A stretch of DNA of 64,000 nt from Octopus vulgaris. Its lineage: Eukaryota. The DNA lies in NCBI GenBank assembly GCA_951406725.2, contig OX597828.1, forward strand, positions 32,736,001 to 32,800,000, written 5' to 3'. The notes under the pieces are model-generated. The model was not told the origin of the DNA. It ran no database searches and worked only from the letters and a program-made list of their open reading frames with translations. A program made the position numbers and the translations under genes. This document shows, in pieces, positions 52,982 to 64,000 of the stretch; positions within the stretch are counted from its first letter, which is position 1; each line of letters opens with the position of its first letter.

Positions 52982-53369
52982 TACTCTTTTACTCTTTTAC
53001 TTGTTTCAGTCATTTGACTGCGACCATGCTGGAGCACCGCCTTTAGTCGAGCAAATCGACCCCGGGACTTATTCTTTATAAGCCCAATACTTATTCTATC
53101 GGTCTCTTTTGCCGAACCGCTAAGTGACGGGGACGTAAACGCACCAGCATCGGTTGTCAAGCAATGCTAGGGAGACAAACACACACATACATATATATAT
53201 ATACATATATACGACAGGCTTCTTTCAGTTTCCGTCTACCAAATCCACTCAGAAGGCATTGGTCGGTCCGGGGATATAGCAGAAGACACTTGCCCAAGAT
53301 GCCACGCAGTGGGACTGAACCCGGAACCATGTGGTTGGTTAGCAAACTACTTACCACACGGCCACTCCT
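52982..53369 (-). mobile_element. SINE family A, young
   Basis: Near-identical to 52052-52447. Confidence 0.95.
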
Positions 53370-53870
53370 ACACACATACACAAACTCACACACAGTATAT
53401 AGTGGTATATTTACATTTGTATACTGTTCTTTTCAAGCCTCTTTGTAAATGTAATTATATGTGTATGCATTTATTTATTTGTGTCATTGTGCATGTGTGT
53501 GCGTGTGTACTTGGATCTGAAGCTGGTGAAAATACATTGTTAGAAATGTAGCCGCAAAAAGCAACGACTTTGTGCTCGGACAGCGCATATACTTAAACTG
53601 TAAAACAACGCAACAGAATAAGGCTTGGCTATAAGTGATTCAGTGCTCTAGCAAGTAATGGAGACAAAAGGCGGAGAATGAACTAGAAATGTAAGGAAAA
53701 CGAAATATCCATATGTCATGTGATTTGATACTAGTATCTCTTCTTTGATGTGTATAATTAATGACACGTGTTATACACCTGTTTACATAATCAATTAGTC
53801 ACCAATTCTTTGAAAATCTGACCATCTCTGTAGACGTTAATCTTTTTAATATTAATATGTAAATTTCGGA

Positions 53871-54640
53871 AGGCGGCGAGCTGGCAGAAACATTAGCACG
53901 TCGGGCAAAATGTTTTGTGGTATTTCGTTTGCCACTACATTCAGAGTTCAAATTCCGCCGAGGTCGACTTTGCCTTTCATCCTTTCAGAGTCGATTAAAT
54001 AAGTATCTGTTACGCACTGACGTCGATATAATCGACTTAATCCGTTTGTCTGTCCTTGTTTATCTTCTCTTTGTTTGGCGTCTTGTGGATAGTAAAGAAA
54101 TAGGTATTTCGTCTGCCGCTACGTTCTGAGGTCAAATTCCGCCGAGGTCAACTTTGCCTTTCATCCTTTCGAGGTCGATAAATTAAGTAGCAGTTACTCA
54201 CTGGGGTCGATATAATCGACTTAATCCGTTTGTCTATCCTTGTTTGTCCCCTCTGTGTGTATCCACTTGTGGGCAGTAAAGAAATAGGTATTTCATCCGT
54301 CGTCACGTGAAGAGCTCAGAGGCCGACGAGGCTGACCTTGCATTTCAGCCTTTGGGAACGATAAAATAATTACCATTTGAGCACTGAGGTCATCAACTTA
54401 AACCCCTGCCTCTAATTTACTGGCCTTGTGCCAAAATTTGAAATCAATATTAATATGTAAATGCATAGCTGCATTTCGTCCGTCTTTACGTTCTGAGTTA
54501 AAATTCCGATGAGGTCAAATTTACCAGTCACTCTTTCAGGGTCTATAAAATAAACACCAGTTGAGAACTAGGATCGATGTAATCGAATTTCCCCCTTTCC
54601 CTGAAATGCTCTCTTCGTACTGAAATTTGAAACAAATATT
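53871..54640 (+). mobile_element. head-to-tail array of four SINE family B units
   Basis: One full unit (53871-54102), then headless units starting at (G)TATTTCGTC-like sites (~54103, ~54288, ~54472), each with a B-box and GGTCGAT/GTACCAG-like core. Confidence 0.85.
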
Positions 54641-54650
54641 AATATAGAAA

Positions 54651-54812
54651 GGCGCAGGAGTGGCTGTGTGGTAAGTAGCTTGCTAACCAACCTCATGGTT
54701 CCGGGTTCAGTCCCACTGCGTGGCACCTTGGGCAAGTGTCTTCTGCTATAGCCCCGGGCCGACCAATGCCTTGTGAGTGGATTTGGTAGACAGAAACTGA
54801 AAGAAGCCTGTC

Positions 54813-54850
<38 letters not shown>

Positions 54851-55068
54851 TTGTGTGTTTGTGTGTTGTCCCCCTAGCATTGCTTGACAACCGATGCTAG
54901 TGTGTTTGCGTCCCCGTCACTTAGCGGTTCGGCAAAAAGAGACCGATAGAATAAGTACTGGGCTTACAAAGAATAAGTCCCGGGGTCGATTTGTTCGACT
55001 AAAGGCGGTGCTCCAGCATGGCCGCAGTCAAATGCCTGAAACAAGTAAAAGAGTAAAAGAGAAAGAGT
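54651..55068 (+). mobile_element. SINE family A, young full-length
   Basis: GGCGCAGGAGTGGCTGTGTGGTAAG (A box) ... GGGTTCAGTCCC (B box) ... internal (TA)n ... AAGTAAAAGAGTAAAAGAG tail. Confidence 0.95.
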
Positions 55069-55141
55069 ATAGAAATGTAACATCATATGCATTAATACGT
55101 CATCTAAATATTTGCACACCATATGTAGATAGCTATATGTT

Positions 55142-55184
<43 letters not shown>

Positions 55185-55255
55185 GCATACATACATACAT
55201 GCATGCATACATACATACACACATACATACATACATACATACATACATAAATAGT

Positions 55256-55560
55256 GAAGGCGCGTGCTTAGTGTTTAGGGTATTTGGCTCACGATCGTAA
55301 TGTCGTGAGTTCAATTCCCGGCGATACGTTGTGTTCTTGAGCAAGACACTTTATTTCACGTTGCTCCAGTCCACTCAGCTAGCAAAAAAATGAGTAGTAC
55401 CTGTATTTCAAAGGGGCCAGCCTTACCATATTCTGTGTCACGCTGAATCTCCCTGGAAACTACATTAAGTGTACACATGTCTATGGAGTGCTCAGCCACT
55501 TGCACGTTAATTTCACGAGCAAGCTGTTCCGTTGATCGTATCAGTTGGGACCCTCGTCGT
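55256..55560 (+). mobile_element. tRNA/CORE-like SINE family C1
   Basis: GGCGCGTGCTTAGTGTTTAGGG ... GAGTTCAATTCCCGG, then CTTGAGCAAGACACTTTATTTCAC...CACTCAGCT. Confidence 0.88.
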
Positions 55561-56409
55561 CTTTCTATTTACATGTGTATGTGTGTGTGTATGTGTGTGT
55601 GTGTGTGTATGTGTGTGTGTGTGTGTGTGTAATGGCTTTCATGCAATTTCTACATGTTCTACCTAACTAATGCCTGCTCATTGGAGAAGCCTGTTTGTGA
55701 TTTGATATCTCACGGCCAATTGAAAGGAAACAACGAAAGAGAGTTTGTGATAGTATTGGGTCTTTGAATTGCTGGTCAAATCCACACAGAAGGCTTGTTT
55801 GCAGTCTTTGTCCACCGGAATTTACTTTCATCGCAAAGATTGGCTGGAGGCTATGGATATTGATTTTCTCCCATGATGTCATGTACAAGCCACAAATCAT
55901 AAACCTGTTTTTTGTATAAAATTCTGCCTGAAATTTTAGTGACAGATTCAAGAGAGCCAAGAGTTCATTGAGTGGAGTACCAAACGATACTAGTTACAGT
56001 AAAAAAAAAAAATCAACGACCTGTCCATACGACCGGTACTGGGTAGATGAGGGGTAGTACCAAAGTGATAAAATGAACGATACTGTCGTAGAAATATCTT
56101 ATTACCTAATGTCAGTTATAGCAAGTTTAATGCTGAACATTATTCAAAGATATGAGATATATTGAGAATACAGTGATAGTAATATTCTTGTGAGACGATA
56201 GACAGCAAACTACAATATAACTGAAAAAAATCAAAGAGAAAAAAATATAAACAAAACGAAAAGGTTTCTTATTCCACCCACACTTTAGAATGTACAGCGT
56301 GAACCTTTTGGGTGTTTATCAAAGAATAACTGCAAAAACAATAGGATAAGGCAATAAAAATATAATTCATTTACAGCAGAATAAAAACTATGGTGACCAT
56401 GATATAGGC

Positions 56410-56622
56410 TTCAAAATTTGGTACAAGTGCAGAAATTTCAAGGGGGGGGGAATTTTAAGTCCATTACAATGACTCCAGTGTTCAATTAGTATTTATTTAC
56501 TTGCTCCCGAAAGGATGAAAAGCAAAGTGAACCCCGACGGCATTTAAACTCAGAAATTAAAGACGGACAAAATGCCGCCAAGTATTTTGCCTGGCACGCT
56601 AATGATTCTACCAAGCTCGCCT
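56410..56622 (-). mobile_element. SINE family B, diverged
   Basis: CCCGAAAGGATGAAA, TTTAAACTCAGAA, GCTAATGATTCTACC.AGCTCGCC. Confidence 0.75.
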
Positions 56623-58262
56623 CCATGACGCTGCAAACCAAAACAATAACGACACACCGAGGAGCAAAATAAAGAAGCTATTTGCGCAGGGATCTAATGA
56701 GAGCAGAGCTACGCAGGTTAAATGGCACTTGCCTAGTAAAAACAAAAAAAAATCGATCCCTTCATTGTTGGCAACTAAAGTTAGTAGTTGCAATAGCTAC
56801 TTAGAGCTCACAAAAATCACAAAATATAATTTAGGGAACTAATCCATGAATCTGTTGAGTTTATTCACATACATAATCCACACACACCCATACACACACA
56901 CACACACACGCATAAATGTCTATATAGTATGGATATATATGCAACCATGCAGGTATCACTTAAAAATAAATTAATAAATATTTTATGAGGTATATTGTGG
57001 CTTCCAATTATGATTCAAATTAAGAAATATGCTGTGTAGTAGAAAAGAAAAATAGATTGGCATTTGTTTCAAGGAAATATTAGTTTTCAAAATTCCCCAC
57101 TTAGGATTAGTACCTCTTTTATCCCCATTACAGCCGAACATTAAATGTTGAAAATGAAGATAATAGAAGTTGCTACGTTAATCTTCATGAAGAAATTTTG
57201 ATTTCATTTTGTTTTCTTTTCGTGATTTTTTTTCCTTTCTGATGTTGTTACTGAGTTTTTCATGTATTTTATAGCGATTTACTCTTGTATGCTTTTCTTT
57301 TCTTTTTCGCCACGAAATCATCGTTTTCTTAACTCGGGGCAACGTCATGCATTAAACGGCATCTTTTCTTTCAGGAGAATATGCACTATTTTTTCCTTTC
57401 TAGCTTGAGGCAACATTTTGCATTAAAGAAAAGACTTTAGCGTCTCAAAATAAGGAAAGAAAATAAACGATCTATTCCGTTCTTGGGATTTTAGTTAATT
57501 GCTTTTTTTATTATTTATTTTTGTCATTAAGCACATAACTATATTGTTATTTTAATTTCTTTGTTTAGTATATCTTTAATACGGGGGCTTCAATTTAATC
57601 TCTTTCTGAACTAAATATCGTTCACAAGTATAATTATAATAAAAAAATGGATACAGCCACAGAGAAATAAACGTATAAAAAATAAAATCAAAAAGAATCC
57701 AATCTAATTTCAATCTACCGTTCTTAAGTAATTCCTACAGACAGGTTTATATGCTGCAATTAGAGCGCCATGAAAGACAGCGAACCATAAAATAAAATAT
57801 ATTTTAACAATATAGAAAAAATGAAATGCACGTTGATATAAAAATAACACGTAAAATTCTAGCTGAAGAGGAACGATGCATCCATCTATCTTACGGTGCA
57901 ACATAACAATTATTTTCTAATGAACTCCGTTTTCAGTAACGGGTTTCATTAGTAAAGAAAATATCACTAAAATACGGACAAACAATTTTCGAATCTTATA
58001 CTTTTAGAGTAAAATATTTCTAAGTCCTGCTGCAAATGGCTTCTCAAAAGAGCTTAAAAGAAGAAAAGTGTGTCCCGAAGCAGAAATAAAAATCAATGCT
58101 CGTTATTGTTCACAATAATCCAGCAATTATTATTTATAATTAAGGTTGTTTTTGCAGTTTGTTATTCTGATATGAAAGTATGGTGAACAGTATAGAAAGC
58201 TGACGAAGTGAGGTATTATTGTCAGTATTTAGATTCTCGTACACAAATCTGAAAATGTGGTA

Positions 58263-58486
58263 TACTCTTTACTCTTTTACTTGTTTCTGTCATTTGACAG
58301 TGGCCATGCTGGAGCACCGCCTTTAGTCGAGCAACTCGACCCCGGGACTTATTCTTTTTTGTAAGCCCAGTACTTATTCTATCGGTCTCTTTTTGCCGAA
58401 CCGCTAAGTGACGGGGACGTAAACACACCAGCATCGGTTGTCAAGCAATGCTAGGGGAACAAACACAGTCACACAATAACACACAC

Positions 58487-58543
<57 letters not shown>

Positions 58544-58710
58544 TACGACAGGCTTCTTTCAGTTTCCGCCTACCAAATCCACTCACAAGGCATTGGTCGG
58601 CCCGTGGCTAAAGCAGAAGACACTTGCCCAAGATGCCACGCAGTGGGACTGAACCCCGGAACCATGTGGCTGGTTAGCAAGCTACTTACCACACAGCCAC
58701 TCCTGCGCCT
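58263..58710 (-). mobile_element. SINE family A, young full-length
   Basis: Complete reverse complement of 54651-55068 with a longer internal (TA)n. Confidence 0.95.
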
Positions 58711-58739
58711 ATATAACCACTCCTGCGCATATATATGCA

Positions 58740-59340
58740 TGAGTGGGGATTCAAACATTCCTCGATTTAAGTATTTCGCGAAAGGCCTGGTTGCAGGCCC
58801 AACATTCAGTTCTTTTACAGTGCTTAGAAAAAGTGAAGGACCAATGTAGTAAGTGTGCGAATCTCAGAGGGGAATATCTCTCTCTATATAAACGGCAGTT
58901 TGTCTGTGCGTGTTTCTGTGTGTCTGTTTGCTTGTACCCTCACCCTGACCACGGCTTTCAACCGATTCTGATGAAACCTGACACACACATAGCCCAATGT
59001 CATAATTCAAAACTAACGCAGTGAAAATTTTGAAAAGTTCCCCCAGTTCTGAAAAAAATCGATAAATTCGACATGGGGTCGAGAATCAAAAAAAACAAAC
59101 CACAGACTGTCTAGGGGACGCAACTCAACCTTTTTTTACTCTCAAAAAAAATTTACCATAATTTTTTTTCCATTTTTTTGCTATTTTTTTGTTATAACTC
59201 TCTAAAAATGCTTTATAGTTATTTCCCTTACAAACCTGAGCAACGCCGGGCGATACTGCTAGTATTGACTAAAACCATAATTAACTGATCTTCCTCTATT
59301 TTATTTTACCCACAGCCAGGACATTTTCAGCACCTTCTCG
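58740..59340 (+). mobile_element. mariner 3' end split by a Helitron
   Basis: QCSKCANLRGEY|ID* rejoins across the Helitron. Ends in TIR-like GCCAGGACATTTTCAGCACCTTCTCG. Confidence 0.75.
58877..59262 (+). mobile_element. non-autonomous Helitron
   Basis: A|TCTCTCTCTATATAAA ... CCTGAGCAACGCCGGGCGATACTGCTAG|T. The 3' end is shared with 14113-14507. Confidence 0.9.
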
Positions 59341-59522
59341 TGTGTATATATATATATGTATATATAAATGTGTATATATGTATATATATGCGTGCGTGTT
59401 TGTGTATGTATACATATATACATATGCATGTATATATTTATATATGTATATATATGTATATATATATATATGTGTGTGTGTGTGCGTGTGTGTGTGTGTG
59501 TGCGTGTATGTGTGTGTATGTG

Positions 59523-59596
<74 letters not shown>

Positions 59597-59600
59597 CATA
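59341..59600. repeat. compound (TA)/(TG) microsatellite
   Basis: Seen directly. Confidence 0.95.
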
Positions 59601-60069
59601 GATATAGAAAAAGAGAGAGAAAAATATACCTCTAAACTGGTATGTTTATGGCTTCTATGTGTAACATATGTTAGTGCGTTGAGATCGAAACGCTTAGCGG
59701 AATTTCTTCTCGCTCAAATTCTTTTAAGTCGAAGTTATACCGATGTCGGCTTTGACCGTCTTTTTTTCAGCACCAATAATATGAATACTCCTTGAATAGT
59801 GGTTTAGCTGAAATTGACTAAACCTCTCTTCCCACAAAGTTGCCTTCCTTGTTCCTAAGTCTAAAATCATTTGTTACAGTTTTCTATTTTGTTAATTGCT
59901 TAGGATCTCTGTTAATCATATTTTCAAAACGTCGAAAAGAGTAGTCAAGTGCTGTAGGAGCTAACAAATCTTTCGGAAATTGTGATATATTCTTGGTTAT
60001 ACCATTAAAAGACATAGCCCTCACATATTTAGAGATAAACAGATCGATCTCTTAACAATTGGGACTCTA

Positions 60070-60430
60070 CAGGGTGATTCAAATATCTCCATATATAGGG
60101 AAATTATTTTTATAAGAAACAGTTTATACGATCCCCTAGATTCCCTGATCTGGCCCTTCTTCATTTCTGTCTTTGGGAGCATTTCAAAGGCATGGTGTAT
60201 CGTGGTAAGAGAAAAGACATAAATCATTTGAAGGAATGCATCTTTTGCACACGTATCTCCAGATGTGCTATTACAATTTCACAATGAGTGGGGTAAACGT
60301 ATTGCAATGTGTATTTAAAACAAAGGTAATCATATTGAGCCCGTTAAATTTAAAACAGAAACTGTTCTTATTTACTGTTTCTTATACAAAATAGATTGCT
60401 CCTATGTATGACGACTTTTGAATCACCCTG
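60070..60430 (+). mobile_element. internally deleted Tc1/mariner (DD41D/maT-like) element with both TIRs and TA duplication
   Basis: TA|CAGGGTGATTCAAATATCTCCATATATAGG and CCTATGTATGACGACTTTTGAATCACCCTG|TA. Internal PRFPDLALLHFCLWEHFKGMVY corresponds to PRSPDLTPLDFxLWG. Confidence 0.88.
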
Positions 60431-61234
60431 TAGAGCATGATTACGTTTCATCTACTGTGTGATGGATTCGAACAAAGGACCATTTCATTTATAGTGCGGT
60501 TATCATCTGTTGATATATTATGCTTCTCAGGAACCAGTAAGGAGGATCCCTCAGAGAGTCTTCAACATGGTCGCCTCGCATAAGAGAAATATCTGCTAAA
60601 TATCCCTCAAATCAGACTGTAAAAAAGGAAAAGGTGAAAACACGAAATGAATAATGTAGCTTTATATACTGCAATAAACATGGCCTTGTCACTCTGTTGA
60701 GCAAACGTTTCCTGGTGTAGAACTGGTCCTTGGTTATGCTGACATGCCACTGTCATAAAGATCTAGAGTGCTCACAGAAAAGTTGCTGTACAGGACCTGT
60801 GCCTATTTTACCAAAATCGCAGGACAAATTGAACACGGTGCCTAGAATCCTTCGTTAATTTCCCACCGTCATCCTACAAAGTTGCTTCTCCATTTAAGCA
60901 TCTCATAAAACAACAAGTAGGCCGAAGTGAAGAAAACAATACTGCCTGCTAGATATTCAATGGTAATCTCTCTCTGCACGTTGTTCATTACCTTATCGAA
61001 TCAGCTCAGTTATCCGCTGTAATTCTTTATTGAGACAGAATATAATAAATCATTCAGGCAAGAAAATATATTTGTTTTTATCTTAATAAAAATGAATATC
61101 ACAACGATGTCCAACTCGAATTTCATAATAGAAAAGGAAAATATACTTGCAGCTATTCTTTCTTCGTTGATAGATTTACTGTTAGCTTCTGCTTGTTTTT
61201 ATATTTGTCTTCGCTTTTGGTTGATTTGTATCCG

Positions 61235-61474
61235 TGTGGTGTGTGTCTGTGTGTGTTTATGTTTGAGTGTGTGTTTGCGTATTTGTCTCTGCGTGTGTAC
61301 GTGTGTGTTTGTCTCTGCATGTGTACGTGTTTGTCTGTGTGTGTCCATATGTGTGTGTGCGTGTGAGTTTATATGTTTGTGCGTGTGTGTGCATGAGTGT
61401 GTGTGTACGTGTGTGTGTGTGTGTTTGTGTGTGTGTTTGTGTGTGGTGTGTGTGATTGTGTGTGTGTGTGTGTA

Positions 61475-61505
<31 letters not shown>

Positions 61506-61515
61506 TTGTGTGTTT
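61235..61515. repeat. degenerate (TG)n tract
   Basis: Seen directly. Confidence 0.93.
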
Positions 61516-61998
61516 AGAAACATTCACGCGTTTCAAAACCAGGTTTTTCGCAATAAATAAAAGAAATTGATCAGTTGTTGTCATTTGATATTTATAGTGA
61601 AAGAGAACAAAAAAAAAATCTTTAAACTGTTTTAGTACAAAATTATTCTTTTAGTCATTGTTTATTTACGTTCTGCGTTGATTTGAGTTTTGCCATTGCG
61701 AAATATGTGCGTGTGGTATTTCGTTTCCATACTTTATGTTCATTGTCTTTGTTGAAACGCTACAGTAGTATTTCTCTGTTACTTTTTGCTTCTTTTCTAT
61801 CATTGTTCCTGAGAATGTTTTTTTTCTTCCGTTTTTCACTTTCCACAGATAATCTACATTCTTTTGAAAATAATAAGAGATGTCGCGAATAAATCTAAAA
61901 GTGTTTCAGTCTAATATAGTAATTCCTAATGAAGGTCACGGGAACATAGACACTTTTCTAAAATATCACCTCGCCTACACAATCTTTAAAGGGATAAG

Positions 61999-62330
61999 GA
62001 CCCCCTTCGGTCATGAATGACCATGGGATTGCACCTAGAAAGTTACCCTCCTAGACCCAAGTCCGGGCAAGGTTGTGTATGGAAGACCAGCAGTCGCCCA
62101 TGCATACCAGCCTCCCCTGTCCACGCTACCGATGTTATCCAAGGGAAAGACAAAGGTCGATACAGCTTGGCACCAGTGACGTCGCAACTCATTTCTACAG
62201 CTGAGTGAACTGGAGCAACGTGAAGTAAAGTGCTTTGCTCAAGAACACAACACGCAGCCCGGTCCGGGATTCGAGCTCACAACCTCACGATCGTAAGCTC
62301 GACGCTCTAACCACTGAGCCATGCGCCTTC
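61999..62330 (-). mobile_element. SINE family C2, full-length
   Basis: The reverse complement reads GGCGCATGGCTCAGTGGTTAGAGCG ... GAGCTCGAATCCCGG, then a CORE-like region and a tail ending GACCGAAGGGGGTC. Confidence 0.9.
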
Positions 62331-62756
62331 ACATCTATAAGAAATGAGAATACAGGTGGGGCCACAACTTTGAGTCAAGTTCATAAAGTGGCATGAACAT
62401 ACTTGCTGTATAAAAACACAGATACAGATGAAATACACACTCACAGACATGCATACACATACACACACAGAGGCACAGGGACACTTATATGTATATGTGG
62501 ATATATTTCGCAAGAAAATAAAGCAGGATTATTCGAAATATGAGTACAATATATTTGGTAAGCTTCTACGTTTATCAGATTTGCACGTCAGTCCTGGGTA
62601 GACATGAAGCTATGTATATGAGTTGCCGCATATCGTGATCGAACTTGGAACGCGAACGATTGCAAAGCGAACTTTTAGATTAAATAATCATTCCTGCGTC
62701 AACTCATATACATACATACACACACACACACACGCACACACACACACACACACACA

Positions 62757-62802
<46 letters not shown>

Positions 62803-62814
62803 TATATGTATATT

Positions 62815-62852
<38 letters not shown>

Positions 62853-62871
62853 TATATATATATATATATAT

Positions 62872-63270
62872 CTTTTACTCTTTTAATTATTTTAGCCATT
62901 TGACTATGGCGATGCTGAAGCACCACCTTCAGTCGAGCAAATCGATCCCAGGTCTTATTCTTTGTAAGCCTAGTACTTATCTTATCGGTCTTTTTTGCCG
63001 AACTGCTAGGTTACGGGGACCTAAACACACAAGCGTCGGTTGTCAAGCGATGTTAGTGGGACAAACACAGACACACAAACATATGCCCATATACATATAT
63101 ATATATACACATGTATACGACGGGCTTCTTCTCAGTTTCCGTCTGCCAAATCCCCTCACAAAGCTTTGGTCGGCCTCCTGAGGCTATAGTAGAAGCACTT
63201 GCCCAAGTTGCCACGCAGTGAACCATGTGGTTTATAAGCAAGTTACTTACCACACAACCACTCCTACTCC
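62872..63270 (-). mobile_element. SINE family A, moderately diverged
   Basis: Colinear with the young copies. Confidence 0.88.
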
Positions 63271-63749
63271 TATATATATATGCGCTTGCATATCTACATG
63301 AACAGGTATATGCAGAAATATATATACGTACATAGTTTCTGATGTTGTATAATATATATTACTGTAGAGTAGTTATTAGAATGCGCCTTTTAAGCTTGCA
63401 ACGGATCCCTGCCTGGGCGCTAGAGAAAGCAAGTAAGCAGATATAAAAGATACATTTAACGGATGTTTCCTTGTTTTTTTTCACTTCTGCATCTATCGCG
63501 TTAAATGATACGTGGCTATCCTTGACGACGTCTTTTTTAATGGCAACTACCTCATTTATAAAGCTGATATCTTAGGAAAAATCACGGGAATCAAACACTG
63601 TATGTTCTTTATATATCTTTCATTCACAGATTGTTCATAGAAAACTTTTGACGCTTCTGTAACTTGCACATAAATGTATTCTTTACGCATGTAAAATTGC
63701 GTGTATTTATTCATGTGTATATTTAAGTATGCATGTATAAACTACTCTC

Positions 63750-63769
63750 ATACCACACACACACATATA

Positions 63770-63805
<36 letters not shown>

Positions 63806-63902
63806 TGTATGTATATATGTAAATGTGTATATATATATATATATGTATATATATGTATGTATGTATATGTATATATATATATTTATTTGTGTGTGTGTAT
63901 GA

Positions 63903-63938
<36 letters not shown>

Positions 63939-64000
63939 GTGTTATTTATCTGCCTGTGTGTGTGTGTGTGTGTGTGTCCATATACATGTATATATGTATG
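63750..64000. repeat. compound (CA)/(TA)/(TATG)/(TG) microsatellite
   Basis: Seen directly. Confidence 0.95.

Noticed and set aside
55667-55960. 97-aa minus-strand ORF and a DESKF motif in another frame (Tc1-like)
   Set aside because: A single short motif without TIRs or further catalytic motifs.

Overview
This is AT-rich, microsatellite-dense eukaryotic DNA. The SINE families and repeat landscape point to an Octopus (cephalopod) genome; this is an inference from recognised repeats, not a database match. I could not support any host protein-coding exon, so the window looks intronic or intergenic. Most listed ORFs are translations of microsatellites or SINEs. DNA transposons: a decayed ~4.1 kb Helitron with Rep/PIF1 remnants (32554-36615), two non-autonomous Helitrons, at least seven Tc1/mariner remnants (two internally deleted with both TIRs and TA duplications), and a Chapaev3-like 5' end. 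Retroelements: RTE, CR1-like and RLE-type (R4/Dong-like) LINE fragments, Penelope-like (PLE) fragments, and more than 20 copies of four or five tRNA-derived SINE families. Most notable observations: (1) three sequence-distinct minimal hammerhead-ribozyme-like motifs in PLE or probable PLE termini, one downstream of an embedded tRNA-like Pol III promoter and one inside a 60-bp-arm palindrome; (2) an RLE-LINE 3' end sitting in a (CATA)n microsatellite; (3) a TRIM-like structure with 93-bp direct repeats; (4) a long-TIR foldback element; (5) a tandem SINE array; (6) a 36-bp minisatellite carrying an AP-1/5' splice-site motif in every unit.
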